Positions 23,513 through 34,067 of a stretch of DNA of 64,000 nt are shown one piece after another. The translations under genes were made by a program, and so were the position numbers. This DNA comes from an uncultured Acidobacteriota bacterium (GTDB lineage Bacteria > Acidobacteriota > Blastocatellia > RBC074). The notes below the pieces were generated by a model. It was not told the DNA's origin and did no database searches. It was given only the letters and a program-made list of their open reading frames with translations. Each line of letters opens with the position of its first letter. The first letter of the stretch is position 1. The DNA is taken from the NCBI GenBank assembly GCA_963796275.1, contig CAWCKY010000006.1:416001-480000 (forward strand), read 5' to 3'.

Positions 23513-25348
23513 ATGGATATTTCTCTAACTCGAAGTTCGTCGAAGGGTGTTCAATCCCTGATTCGCAATCCCCAATCCGCAATCTTCATCGCATCCACCG
23601 TTATGGTGATCGTCTCCTGGAGGCGATGGATGAGCCCGATAGTCGACAGCGGTCGCGAATTGGATATGCCGCTCCGCCTGTTGCGCGGAGAGATGCTATA
23701 TCGGGATGTGCACTATCTCTATCCGCCCTTTTCCCCGTATTTCAATGCCTTGCTGTATCGTCTCTTCACACCCCACATCGACGTGTTGCAGGCGAGCGGC
23801 CTGGTATGCGCCGCCCTGGTGATCATATTGTGCTATCGGATCGCACGCCGCCTCATGCCGCCGTTCGGTAGCCTCGTTGCGGTTGTTGCGATCATCATCT
23901 GGAGCGTCTTCAAGCCGTCGGGGAATTTGGTATTTCCCTATTCGTTCGCTGCGCTGCACGGTATGGTCATTGCGCTCGCCGTCCTGCTCGTGACACTGCG
24001 TTATGTTGAAAAAAGACGACCGCGCGAACTGCTCGCCGCGGGCGCTCTGATCGGATTGGCAGCCATCACCAAGCAGGAGTTTGCGCTCGCCGGCGCAGCG
24101 ACCGCCGGGGCAGCAGTGGTCTATCTCGATCGAACCGATATTAAGCGGATGATCTTAAATCTGCTGGCGATAGCGGCGCCGATAGCGGCGATAGCGCTTC
24201 CAGTCTATGGTTTCCTGATATATTCCGTTGGTTGGCCGACGCTGGTTAAAGATAGCCATTTATTTTACACACATCTGCCGCGGTCACTGGTTATCTACAA
24301 TTCGCAGCGCAGCGGGCTGGACAATCCGCTCTCTTCGTTGACGCAGATGATCGGCGGCGCCACGGTCGGATCGCTCATTGCGAGCGCGATCATCACGTTC
24401 AGCCTGGTCAGGGCACGCCGGAGATCGCAAGAGAATTTCTCTGATCCGATGCGCCGAGTACTGCGTTGGGCAGCTGGCTCAATGCTCCTGTTCTGTCTGA
24501 TTATCGTTGTCATCAGTGTTGCACTGGGTACTAAATGGGATGGCAGCCCGTTGCGAGCCTTACCGATTCTTTTGATCGGGGTGATCGCGGTTGAATGGGT
24601 TCGCGGCCGAGAGCGGAGGAGTGAAACAGGCACATATCTATTCATACTCTCGGTCTACAGTCTTGCGGTGCTGGCGCGGGTAGCGATGCGCGTCCCGAGC
24701 GGCGGAGCTTTCGGAAGTTTCTTCCTGCCGACATCGTTGATTCTGATCGTCTATGTATTGAACCGATCCCTCCCCGATCTGGTGGCGGGATGGGCGGATA
24801 GCCGTATCGTCGGCGATTACGTGAGAAGATTCGGTCTCGGGCTGATAGTAACTCTGATTGCGATCACGTTCATTGTGTTCACCGTGCGGTTTCGCCATAA
24901 CTTCCGATACGAAGTCGAGACATCGCGAGGAAACTTCTTTACCAGAACTGCGAGCGGCGAAGCGATGAATCAGGCGATCGCGTTCATTCAATCGCACACC
25001 GGGAAAGAGGAGGCCATCGCAGTCGCGCCGGAAGGGAGCGACCTGGCTTTTTTTAGCGAAAGACGGATGATCTTCCGATATCCGATTATGCATCCGGATT
25101 TTATGGATGAGCGCGAGGAGATGGCCGCCATAGAGCGGCTTCAGCGTGCAGGCGTGCGTTATGTATTGATTGTTAATCGCCCGATGAGAGAGTTCGGCGC
25201 CGAAGCTTTCGGAAGAGATTATAACCATATCCTCGGCGGGTGGATTGAGGAGAACTTCCGTGTGGTTAAGGTGTGCGGCCAAAACACCGATCCGTCGCAA
25301 CAGATCGGTGATCCGGACTTTTTTATCAAAATTCTCCAGTCGAAATAA
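23513..25348 (+). CDS. GT-C fold (ArnT/GT39-like) membrane glycosyltransferase
   Basis: DSGRE...GEMLYRDVHYLYPP, ITKQEF, many TM helices and a soluble C-terminal domain. Start uncertain. Confidence 0.72.
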   Translation: MDISLTRSSSKGVQSLIRNPQSAIFIASTVMVIVSWRRWMSPIVDSGRELDMPLRLLRGEMLYRDVHYLYPPFSPYFNALLYRLFTPHIDVLQASGLVCAALVIILCYRIARRLMPPFGSLVAVVAIIIWSVFKPSGNLVFPYSFAALHGMVIALAVLLVTLRYVEKRRPRELLAAGALIGLAAITKQEFALAGAATAGAAVVYLDRTDIKRMILNLLAIAAPIAAIALPVYGFLIYSVGWPTLVKDSHLFYTHLPRSLVIYNSQRSGLDNPLSSLTQMIGGATVGSLIASAIITFSLVRARRRSQENFSDPMRRVLRWAAGSMLLFCLIIVVISVALGTKWDGSPLRALPILLIGVIAVEWVRGRERRSETGTYLFILSVYSLAVLARVAMRVPSGGAFGSFFLPTSLILIVYVLNRSLPDLVAGWADSRIVGDYVRRFGLGLIVTLIAITFIVFTVRFRHNFRYEVETSRGNFFTRTASGEAMNQAIAFIQSHTGKEEAIAVAPEGSDLAFFSERRMIFRYPIMHPDFMDEREEMAAIERLQRAGVRYVLIVNRPMREFGAEAFGRDYNHILGGWIEENFRVVKVCGQNTDPSQQIGDPDFFIKILQSK

Positions 25349-25350
25349 AT

Positions 25351-25591
25351 GAGGACTGTGCCAATTAAAGTTGGTAATTATCAACAGTTTCTGATTGGCT
25401 CTGGAGGAGCCCGATCTATATAGCATTCGATTACCCAAGTCTCAAAAGCTCCGGAGCGACATATAAACATTCAGATGTCGCTCCTCCGGAGCTTGCGAGA
25501 TTTGCGTAATCTTCATCTATAAATATCCCGCGCCTCTGGCGCTCAGATGCGATTCCGTTTATTCCAATGACCCGTTATTTGCACGCTCCTC
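25351..25591. mobile_element. 241-bp MITE-like element with 8-bp target-site duplication and internal REP-like palindromes
   Basis: AAATAAAT at 25343-25350 and 25592-25599. Ends GAGGACTGTGCCAATTAA and (reverse complement) GAGGAGCGTGCAAATAA. Internal agctccggagcgacat ... atgtcgctcctccggagct. Confidence 0.7.
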
Positions 25592-25610
25592 AAATAAATG
25601 CCGGTAAATA

Positions 25611-26921
25611 CTAGCGCTCTTTTACCTGCGATCTGGAGAAAAGATACCCGCTGGCGATCAGAATCAGCAGCAGTCCCTCGACCATTAGAACGCGCTGCAG
25701 CGGTAGATACTTGACGAGAAACCCCGTGACCAGGCTGCCGAGCGGCATCCCGCCTCTGAAGGCCACCATAAAGATGCTCATAACGCGACCGCGCATGTGA
25801 TCGCGCGCGTCATCGCTTACCAGCAACTGGACGAGCGATGTGGTCAGCGAGAAGACGCACATCATAAATATACTCGCGACGTAGATGATCGGATATGCGA
25901 ACAGGGCCGAGGGCGCGAACGTGAAAGCGATGATCGATAGACCGAAGCCAACCTGCGTCAACAGCGCGTAGCGTCCTTTATTCTTGATATTCCCGAGCCC
26001 GGCCACGATCAATGCGCCGGTGACGGCGCCCGCGCCCGAGCACGCCATCAAGCTGGCGTTTCCTGCTGCACCGGTGCGGAAGATGTCCCGCGCGAAGACC
26101 GCCAGAAAGGTAGTGATCTGCATACCGAAGAACGTGGACGCGAACGCCAGAAAAGTCAGCGAGCGCAAGCCCTCACGATGCCAGACGAAGTTCAACCCCT
26201 CGCGCAACTGGCTTCGCATATCGCCCTTCACCGGCGGCGGGATGTGCCTGACGCTGAGCGACATCAGGGCGAAGATGACAGCGATGAACGAGAGACTGTT
26301 GATACCGAAGCTGACCGAAGCGGCGATCATCTGGTCGGCGAAGATCGCGAACGGGAAGCTGCTAAGGGTCGAGCCGACAACCCGGGCTAGCTGGAATTGG
26401 ATGGAGTTGAGCGCGATCGCATTCTGCAGATCCTTCTTATCAACCAGATTCGGGATAAGCGATTGATAGGCCGGCCCGCCGAATGCCTGGACGCATCCCG
26501 TTAAAAACGAAAGCAGGAGCGCGCTCGTGACCAAAATCGAGCGAATGTCGAAGAACGCCAGCAGCGAGAGCGACAGGGCGAAGACCAACTGCGAGTATTG
26601 CGACGCGAGCAGTATCCTGCGGCGATCGAAGCGGTCAGCCAGAACGCCGCCCACGAGGGTGAAGAGTAGAATCGGCGCGGTGCTCAGAAATCCGTTCAAA
26701 CCCAGATATAAGGGGTCATTTGTGAGCTGAAGTAAAAGCCAGGAGAAGGCCGTCTCCTGAAGCCACGTCCCGGAACTGGAGGTGAAGGCGCCGAACCAGA
26801 GCAACCGGAAATCGCGATATGAGAATGCCTGGAAGACACGTGCGAGCGTGTGCTTCTTTTGTTCCGCAGTGACGGGGATTTCCGATGGTGCTTCTGGTGC
26901 GGCGACAGGTTTGCTCATCAA
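25611..26921 (-). CDS. MFS transporter (MFS_3/DHA3-like)
   Basis: GGVLADRFDRRRIL motif A, about 12 TM segments and MRGRVMS. Confidence 0.9.
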   Translation of the reverse strand: MMSKPVAAPEAPSEIPVTAEQKKHTLARVFQAFSYRDFRLLWFGAFTSSSGTWLQETAFSWLLLQLTNDPLYLGLNGFLSTAPILLFTLVGGVLADRFDRRRILLASQYSQLVFALSLSLLAFFDIRSILVTSALLLSFLTGCVQAFGGPAYQSLIPNLVDKKDLQNAIALNSIQFQLARVVGSTLSSFPFAIFADQMIAASVSFGINSLSFIAVIFALMSLSVRHIPPPVKGDMRSQLREGLNFVWHREGLRSLTFLAFASTFFGMQITTFLAVFARDIFRTGAAGNASLMACSGAGAVTGALIVAGLGNIKNKGRYALLTQVGFGLSIIAFTFAPSALFAYPIIYVASIFMMCVFSLTTSLVQLLVSDDARDHMRGRVMSIFMVAFRGGMPLGSLVTGFLVKYLPLQRVLMVEGLLLILIASGYLFSRSQVKER

Positions 26922-26929
26922 ACCTCTGG

Positions 26930-27316
26930 CTAATTGGTAACTACTACATTGCGGCTTTCTTCACGGACTGAAAGGTAGTATTCGGCCCACTTGTCGTGTT
27001 CCGGGTTGCTACCATAGGCTTTGTGTGCCGCCTCGCTTTCGAATTCAATCACAAAGGCGAAATTGTAGTCATTCGGTTGTATCTTATTAGGCTTGATCCA
27101 GATGTTTTTGATTCCAGGGATTTTTGCTGCCATCTCCTTGATTCCATCAACGGCCTTCTTTTGCTGTTCGGGTGTAGAGTTGGCATTCCATTTGCCCGTC
27201 ACCACGTGGATCACGGATTTCGGTTGACTGAATTTATTTTGACCCACGATCACACCGCTGATGAAAACAGCGATTAATGCACAGCCGAAAAAAATCCGGC
27301 GCAAAGTCGGACTCAT
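26930..27316 (-). CDS. Dabb (stress-responsive A/B barrel) family protein with N-terminal signal/TM
   Basis: VIHVVTGKW, KIPGIKNI and FVIEFESEAAHKAYGSNPEH. Start taken at MSPTLRR. Confidence 0.75.
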   Translation of the reverse strand: MSPTLRRIFFGCALIAVFISGVIVGQNKFSQPKSVIHVVTGKWNANSTPEQQKKAVDGIKEMAAKIPGIKNIWIKPNKIQPNDYNFAFVIEFESEAAHKAYGSNPEHDKWAEYYLSVREESRNVVVTN

Positions 27317-27624
27317 ATATCTATCTCTCCTTGGGAATTTGTAATATCGATTTCTGCTTCGTTGTACGAGGTTCAACTTCCCCGACATGAAGTCAGCCAA
27401 CATAGTACTATGGAAGAAGATTCACGACAAAATGCACAAAAGAACAAAGACACAAAATCTCTTTTAGTTTTGCCGGAAAGAGCGGTTAGCATGGTGAACA
27501 ATCTACATTGTGCGATACATCATTGTGCGATTCATCGCGCGTCTCCAGCGCTAAACTGTGAGTTTATTGATTCTTTTGATCTTCAATCGGCACAATCTTC
27601 ACATAAAGGAATTATCATGCTGGC

Positions 27625-28383
27625 TCATTGTTTCTTTCCGGTGAAGGTTCCCTCGCCGAGCTCGGCGAATTTGGCCTTGCCCTTCATCTCCTTACCGTCA
27701 GTCGTGCCAGTATAGGTTACAGTACCTTCGATCTGTCCGCTGATCTTGAACGAAAACTCGACCTGATCGCCTTTGACAGTGCCGGTCAGATCGGCTTCAC
27801 CGAGCATGCCTTTGTACTTTCCCGTAAGTTTTTCGCCCTCTTGCTTGAAGGTCAATGAAGGGCTACCCGAACCCATCTGAGTTTCTACCTGAAGAACCCA
27901 GGATCCCGTAATGTCTATTTTTTCGCCGGATTTTGGTTTATCTGTCACGGCCACGGTGGCTGAACTGGCTCCGCTTGCAGCCGTAGTTCCAGTCGCCGCT
28001 GATGCGCGTTTAGCGCTCCATTCGTCCTGCGCGAACCCGCCGAAATCGACGGCGCCTTTGATCGCATCCCCTTCGAGATTTCCGGTCATAGTGATCATGA
28101 GGTCGGTATCCATATATTTGACGGTATAAGAAAACTTGACCTCCTTGCCTTTGAAAGATCCCTCGATCGGCAGATCGCCCCGCTCACCTTTGATTGCGCC
28201 GGTCAATTTCTCACCATCAATTTTAAAAGTGGCCTTCAGGTTGCGCACACCTCCGGGCGTGTTAAGCGCAATCTCCCAATCGCCGGTTGCGCTGCCCGGT
28301 CCGGGTCCCGATTGAGCCGAAACGAATGCATCCAGGCTAAACAGCAGCCCCAGAACAGATAAGACGCTAACCAATCTCTTCAT
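27625..28383 (-). CDS. Secreted protein with two tandem beta-rich repeats
   Basis: Signal peptide MKRLVSVLSVLGLL, two copies of TGxW...FKxxGEKLTG...GxxKGxxVxFS...TG...KG...FxxxxxxxW/F, and an Ala/Thr/Ser linker. Confidence 0.8.
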   Translation of the reverse strand: MKRLVSVLSVLGLLFSLDAFVSAQSGPGPGSATGDWEIALNTPGGVRNLKATFKIDGEKLTGAIKGERGDLPIEGSFKGKEVKFSYTVKYMDTDLMITMTGNLEGDAIKGAVDFGGFAQDEWSAKRASAATGTTAASGASSATVAVTDKPKSGEKIDITGSWVLQVETQMGSGSPSLTFKQEGEKLTGKYKGMLGEADLTGTVKGDQVEFSFKISGQIEGTVTYTGTTDGKEMKGKAKFAELGEGTFTGKKQ

Positions 28384-28840
28384 CTGAAATCTCCCTTCCA
28401 TTGTTAACCGGCGATAAACACCTCTGATTCGCTATGCGGCCATTCGTCATCGCTGGTGTTGTGGTTGTTGTTGATTGATGTTAAACATTGCAATGGGGCA
28501 AATTAAACATTCAGTGATTGAATTCAATGGTTGCTTCGGATGTTAGATATAAGAAAGCACTCACCGCCCGGGCGTAGCGAACGACGAGGCAGCACGCGGG
28601 TATACTATGGCCTCGGTGATCCCTCTGTTCTGTCTCTGCGTTCCCAACATATCGGATTGACATTGAGTACGGGGCATTCCGAAAATCTCTGATAACTAAC
28701 ATTCATATGCACAGTGTTCATATAACTACCATTTGCCCGCGCGAAGCCTACACCCGCAATTGAGGTTACGCAAGATCGCAAACGGGCGAGAAAGGTTCAC
28801 CACAATATCACATGCCGGAGAAGGCATAAATAAAAGTGCG

Positions 28841-31800
28841 ATGATCATTTTTCACGCTGGATTTACCAATGACAAACTCTGTTTATGGGGGGAACGGCCG
28901 CCTTTCGAACAACTGCAAAACCACCAGAGTCAGAGGGGGGCAACCTCGCGCAGAAAATCGAGAGTCGCCGAAAATCTACCATATGATGCCGGTACTGCCG
29001 GATTGGTAACGGCGCTCAAGGAAGTTGCACCCGGCATTGCGAACGAAACAGCTGGATCGACCATCTGGCTGCCAACGGTTGATAAAAAGCCGCTCGCGTC
29101 AAGTCCGCTTATCGCGGAGTTTCCTAGCGTATCAGCCAGCCCCGAGCTGGCAGCCTGGTCGGTAACCACAATTCCATTGCATATAGTTGATTCACTCGAT
29201 CTGCTTTGCACGTGTGTTGGCCGCGAGACAGTTGGTCAGGGAATCATCGTGGGCCGCGATCTGGCGTACTGGACGATGGCAATGCGTTTTGCCGGAGCGC
29301 TGGTTGCGCGCCAGCAATTTTTGCCCAGCCTGCGACTGGTCGACGGAGCCTATCGCGCGCGGTGGGAGCCCGTCATTTCAGGCGATGACGCCCGGCGGCT
29401 GCAACAACTTGCACAGGCAATGCCACACGCCTGCCGCGCTTTGACCGCACCAGATGTATTTGAGCCTCCTGATACGAGCTCGCTATCGCTTCTCAACTAT
29501 TTCCTGGGCGAAGTAGTCGATCATCTCATTCGCGCGGGGAAAGGGGAATCAGCCGATTCGCCGGAGCGGGCGAAGCCTTCCCCCCGAAAATCCTGGGAAA
29601 GCGTACACGATCAATGGTTGCATGCATTGCGTTCTCCCGATGATTTGCTGGAGGGAAGGGAATCGGAGCTGGCGACGCTCAGTAACCAGTCGAAGGAGTG
29701 GAGGCGTCCGATCTCGCTTTCCGTCGCCGCGCCATTTCGCCTCTTCTTCCGTCTCGAAGAACCTGAGCAGGTAATAGGCGTAGAGAAAATTACGGGAGCT
29801 CAAGCTAGCCGTGGGAGGGATGCGCAGGACTGGTATGTACGTTACCTTCTGCAGGCGCTCGATGATCCTAGCCTGATCATCCCGGTCGCCGATGCCTGGA
29901 ATGCCAGGGGGCGCGTTGCCAAAGTCCTGGCCCGCGGCGCAACCAAGCCGCGCGAGTATCTGCTTGCAGCTCTGGGCCAGGCCGCGAGCCTCGATCCGCA
30001 GATCGAACTGAGTCTGAAAGCGGCTGCGCCCGGAGGTTACGAACTGGACGTAGTTGAGGCGCACGGCTTCCTGACTGAGAAAGCGGGATTACTGGAGCAA
30101 TCGGGTTTCGGCGTGATGTTGCCGGCATGGTGGACGCGCAAAGGGACAAAGCTGCGTTTATCGGCGAGGGCGAATGTCAAAAGCCCGAAAATGCAGAGCG
30201 GTAGCGAGTTGTCGCTCGAACGGATCGTACAGTTCGATTGGGAAATCGCGCTGGGCGATCAACCGATTTCTGTCAAAGAACTCGAAGCCCTCGCCAAGCT
30301 AAAGGCCCCGCTCGTTCAATTGCGCGGCCAGTGGATGCAGCTCGACGCCGCTGAGATTCAGGCTGCGCTCGATTTTTGGAGGAAGAGAGCGGCAGGGCAG
30401 ACGACCTTGAGAGATGTGGTTCAGATGGCGCTGGGAAAAGGCAACGTGCCGGGCGGCATAGCGTTCGAAGGCGTCTCGGCGAATGGGTGGATCGGCGATT
30501 TCATCGCGAAGCTGGAAGGTCGGAAATCGTACGATGAGCTTGCCGTGCCGCCAGGGTTTCACGGCTCTCTGCGCCCTTATCAGGTGCGCGGATATTCGTG
30601 GCTTGCTTTTTTGCGGCATTGGGGGCTGGGCGCGTGTCTGGCTGACGATATGGGGCTCGGCAAAACCATTCAGGCCCTCGCTTTGATTGAGCGCGAGTGG
30701 CAGTCAAACGGAAGGCGTCCGGTATTGCTCGTGTGTCCGACCTCTGTCATCGGCAATTGGCAAAAAGAGGCCGCGCGATTCACACCGGATCTGCCCGTAT
30801 TGACGCATCACGGCGTCGCCCGGGCCCAGGGCGAGTCGTTTCAACAAAAGGCCGGTAAGCACGCGATAGTCCTGTCCAGTTATTCTCTGCTGCAGCATGA
30901 CTTCGAGATACTAAAGGAAGTGGAATGGGCAGGCGTCATTCTGGATGAAGCACAGAACATCAAGAACCCCGAGACCAAACAGGCGCGGGCTGCCCGTTCT
31001 CTCAAGGGGGATTACCGGATCGCATTGACAGGCACGCCGGTAGAGAACAATGTCGGCGATCTGTGGGCGATCATGGAATTTCTCAACCCGGGGTTCCTCG
31101 GCACACAGACGGAGTTCAAACGGAATTTCTTCGTTCCGATCCAGGCGCAACGTGATGCGGAATCGGTTGAGCGATTGAAGCGGGTGACCGGCCCTTTCAT
31201 TCTGCGACGGTTGAAGACAGATAAAGCGATCATCTCGGACCTGCCGGAGAAGATGGAGATGAAAGTTTTTTGCACTCTGACCAAGGAGCAAGCCTCGCTC
31301 TACGCCGCAGTCGTAGAAGATGCCGGCAAAACTATCCTCGTCGCCGATGGGATACAACGCAAGGGCGTGGTGCTGGCAACGCTCCTGAAACTCAAGCAGG
31401 TATGCAATCATCCGGCGCAGTTCCTCGGCGACAATTCGTCGATTCCCGGCCGCTCGGGCAAGCTCGCGCGCCTGACCGAGATGCTCGAAGAGGCGCTGGC
31501 CGAAGGCGATCGTGCGCTGGTCTTCACGCAATTTACCGAGATGGGGGCGCTCATACAGACTCATTTGCAGGAGACTTTCGGCCGTGAAGTTCTCTTTCTG
31601 CATGGTGGGGTGCCGAAGGCTAAACGAGACCGGCATGGTTGAAAGATTCCAGAATTTAAACGAAGACGGCCCGCGCGTCTTTTTGCTCTCGCTCAAAGCC
31701 GGAGGCACTGGATTGAACCTGACGACCGCCGATCATGTTTTCCACTACGATCGCTGGTGGAACCCAGCGGTTGAAAATCAGGCGACCGATCGTGCCTTCC

Positions 31801-32000
31801 GTATCGGACAAAAACGCAACGTCCAGGTGCACAAATTTGTGTGCGCGGGCACCTTCGAGGAGAAGATCGACGAGATGATAGAGCGCAAGCAGGAGGTCGC
31901 TTCCAGCATCGTCGGAACTGGTGAAGGCTGGTTGACGGAGCTGACTAATGACCAGCTTAAAGACTTATTCACGCTTCGGCGAGATGCCGTGGGGGAATAA
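28841..32000 (+). CDS. SNF2/Swi2 family helicase (YwqA/HelZ type), split by a +1 frameshift near 31635
   Basis: [31 protein letters not shown], then [12 protein letters not shown] and [19 protein letters not shown] in the next frame. They join as KRDR/MVERFQ. Confidence 0.9.
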
Positions 32001-32260
32001 TGTCGGTAGTCGGTAGTCGGTAGTCGGTAGTGGTGCGGTTGCCGGTAGTCGGTTCCGGTAGTTCGGCAGTCGGTAGTCGGTTGCCGGTTGTCGGTTGCCG
32101 ATAGCCGGTTGCCGATAGCCGGTCGTCGGTAGTCGGCAGTCGGTTGCCGATAGCCGATAGCCGATAACCGATAACCGATAACCGATAACCGATAGCCGGT
32201 TTGCAATAACGATATACCGATTACCACTCCGAACCGACAACCGACGACCGACAACCGAAT
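32001..32260. repeat. Array of about 30-35 degenerate 7-mers with an RYCGRY core
   Basis: gtcggta x4 ... gccggtt/gccgata ... accgata x4 ... accgaca. Fills almost the whole SNF2-SWIM spacer. Confidence 0.95.
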
Positions 32261-32266
32261 ACTGTT

Positions 32267-33145
32267 ATGAGCTACTGGGACTGGGGACAATACAAACCGA
32301 AACCGGTGAAACAGGCTAAAGGCGGGATTAAAGCGCAATCAAAACGCGGCAAGTTCGGGGAGAACTGGTGGGCGAAACGATGGCTCGCCGTTCTCGAAAG
32401 TTTCAATATCGGCGCCCGCCTCCAACGCGGACGAACCTATGCCCGGAAGGGGCAGGTTCTTTCGATCGATATTACAAAAGGCGAAGTAAGGGCTCAGGTT
32501 CTAGGCTCGCGTTCAAAACCATACGACATCGAAATAAAAATCGAAGTGCTCCCGGAAAGCGATTGGCAGAAATTGGCAGTCGCGCTCTCGACCCAGGCGA
32601 TCTTTGCCGCTAAATTGCTCGCGGGAGAGATGCCGGATGAGATCGAGCAGGCATTCAAAGCGGCGGGACTGTCTCTGTTTCCTGCCGGTCCCCGCGACTT
32701 GCAAACCGCCTGCTCGTGCCCGGACTGGTCGAATCCCTGTAAACACATCGCAGCCGTCTACTACTTGATTGGAGAGGAATTCGATCGGGACCCTTTTCTT
32801 ATCTTCAAACTAAGAGGCGCAACACGCGAAGACATTATCGAGATGCTCTGTTCTGCCGGCATGGTGCAGGCGAAGACGGAATCTGTTCCCGACTTCGGGA
32901 TACTTTCTGAACCGATAGCTGCTGAGATGGAGAGCTTCTGGGCAGGCAGCACACTGCCGGATGATTTTTTTGGCGAAGTTAGGATACCTCCGGTGCCAGC
33001 GGCATTACCCAGGCGCCTGGGTAATTTTCCATTCTGGCGCGGGGAAGTGCGATTTTTCGAGGCGATCGGCCCGGCCTATGCGGAAGCCGCGCCGCGCGGC
33101 TTGCATCTATTCCTCGGTGAAAGAGGCGTTGACAATGACAATTGA
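32267..33145 (+). CDS. SWIM zinc-finger protein (partner of the SNF2 helicase)
   Basis: WWAKRW, RLQRGRTYARKG, CSCPDWSNPCKH (SWIM) and DPFLIFKLRG. Confidence 0.92.
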   Translation: MSYWDWGQYKPKPVKQAKGGIKAQSKRGKFGENWWAKRWLAVLESFNIGARLQRGRTYARKGQVLSIDITKGEVRAQVLGSRSKPYDIEIKIEVLPESDWQKLAVALSTQAIFAAKLLAGEMPDEIEQAFKAAGLSLFPAGPRDLQTACSCPDWSNPCKHIAAVYYLIGEEFDRDPFLIFKLRGATREDIIEMLCSAGMVQAKTESVPDFGILSEPIAAEMESFWAGSTLPDDFFGEVRIPPVPAALPRRLGNFPFWRGEVRFFEAIGPAYAEAAPRGLHLFLGERGVDNDN

Positions 33146-34067
33146 ATTTACCGTTCCCATTACCCCTTCCGGTTATCTGCGGACGTTCGAGGCGGAAATC
33201 GACGTCTGCTCGGATAATGACATCCTCGTTCGCGGCCGTATGCGCGATCATCGTTTCGCATTCGAGCACGTATGGCGAGTGCGTACTCCCGAGTACGATG
33301 TTTTCGAGGCTGGCGCCCGCCAATTGGAAGGCGATAGCTCAATCTTCGATCCGCGATTATGTGAGCGTTATGCGGGCATTAAGGGGATACGGATCGGGCG
33401 CGGATTCTCGAGTCGAGTCGGCGCGGTTTTGGGCAATTTGCCGGGCAGGCAGGAACACCTCTTTCTTGCTATCGAAATGGCGCGCGTCGGACAGCAGGTA
33501 TATCAATATTCTCCCGAGTTCGAAGCAGCGTTCCCTTCTGCCACCGATGATCGAACTGAAGCCGCCCATATCGCCTGGTTAAAGGATCGCGCATACATGG
33601 CAGATCTGGCCAATTCATGTTACACATATCGCGACGAGAGTGCAGATTTATTCAAAATCAGAGAAGTGAGATGCGGGTTCGGGGCCGAAATCTTCAGGCC
33701 AAAACCGGGCGATAAACGTGTCTTCTGGCGCAACAAGGGGCTGGCGATAGAAAAGCGGACCGCTCAAGATGGGAGCGGGACCTATGCCTGTGAAAGCGCG
33801 ATGGAAGACAGCATTCACGATATCAAAGTCAATTTCGACCTGTCTGACATTGGCGTGATCTCTAACGCACGGAGCCGTGGTCTGCGGTTGCCATATCACG
33901 GCATCTGCGAAGATGCGCAGTTACGCACACCCGGGCTCAACGGCTTACAAATATCGCAGAGTTTCATCATGCAATTCGCCGATCTGATCGGCGGCGCCAC
34001 CGGGTGCACACATTTATTCGATCTTTCGATTGATTGCTTACGGTTGGTCAGATTTGGTAGTCGGTAG
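33135..34067 (+). CDS. Tandem DUF2889-like domain protein
   Basis: Two similar halves (MRDHRF...IRIGRGFSSRV...; MEDSIHDI...PYHGIC...GGATGCTHLFDL) with NSCYTY between them. Start overlaps the SWIM gene end by 11 nt. Confidence 0.68.
   Translation: MTIEFTVPITPSGYLRTFEAEIDVCSDNDILVRGRMRDHRFAFEHVWRVRTPEYDVFEAGARQLEGDSSIFDPRLCERYAGIKGIRIGRGFSSRVGAVLGNLPGRQEHLFLAIEMARVGQQVYQYSPEFEAAFPSATDDRTEAAHIAWLKDRAYMADLANSCYTYRDESADLFKIREVRCGFGAEIFRPKPGDKRVFWRNKGLAIEKRTAQDGSGTYACESAMEDSIHDIKVNFDLSDIGVISNARSRGLRLPYHGICEDAQLRTPGLNGLQISQSFIMQFADLIGGATGCTHLFDLSIDCLRLVRFGSR

Noticed and set aside
27420-27605. Further short-repeat hairpin between the Dabb and secreted-protein genes
   Set aside because: The cacaaaa and tgtgcgat-like echoes are too degenerate to define unit or boundaries.
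31778-32338. ORFs with YRLSVIG/TDYR repeats
   Set aside because: They are translations of the 7-mer array and overlap real genes on the opposite strand.
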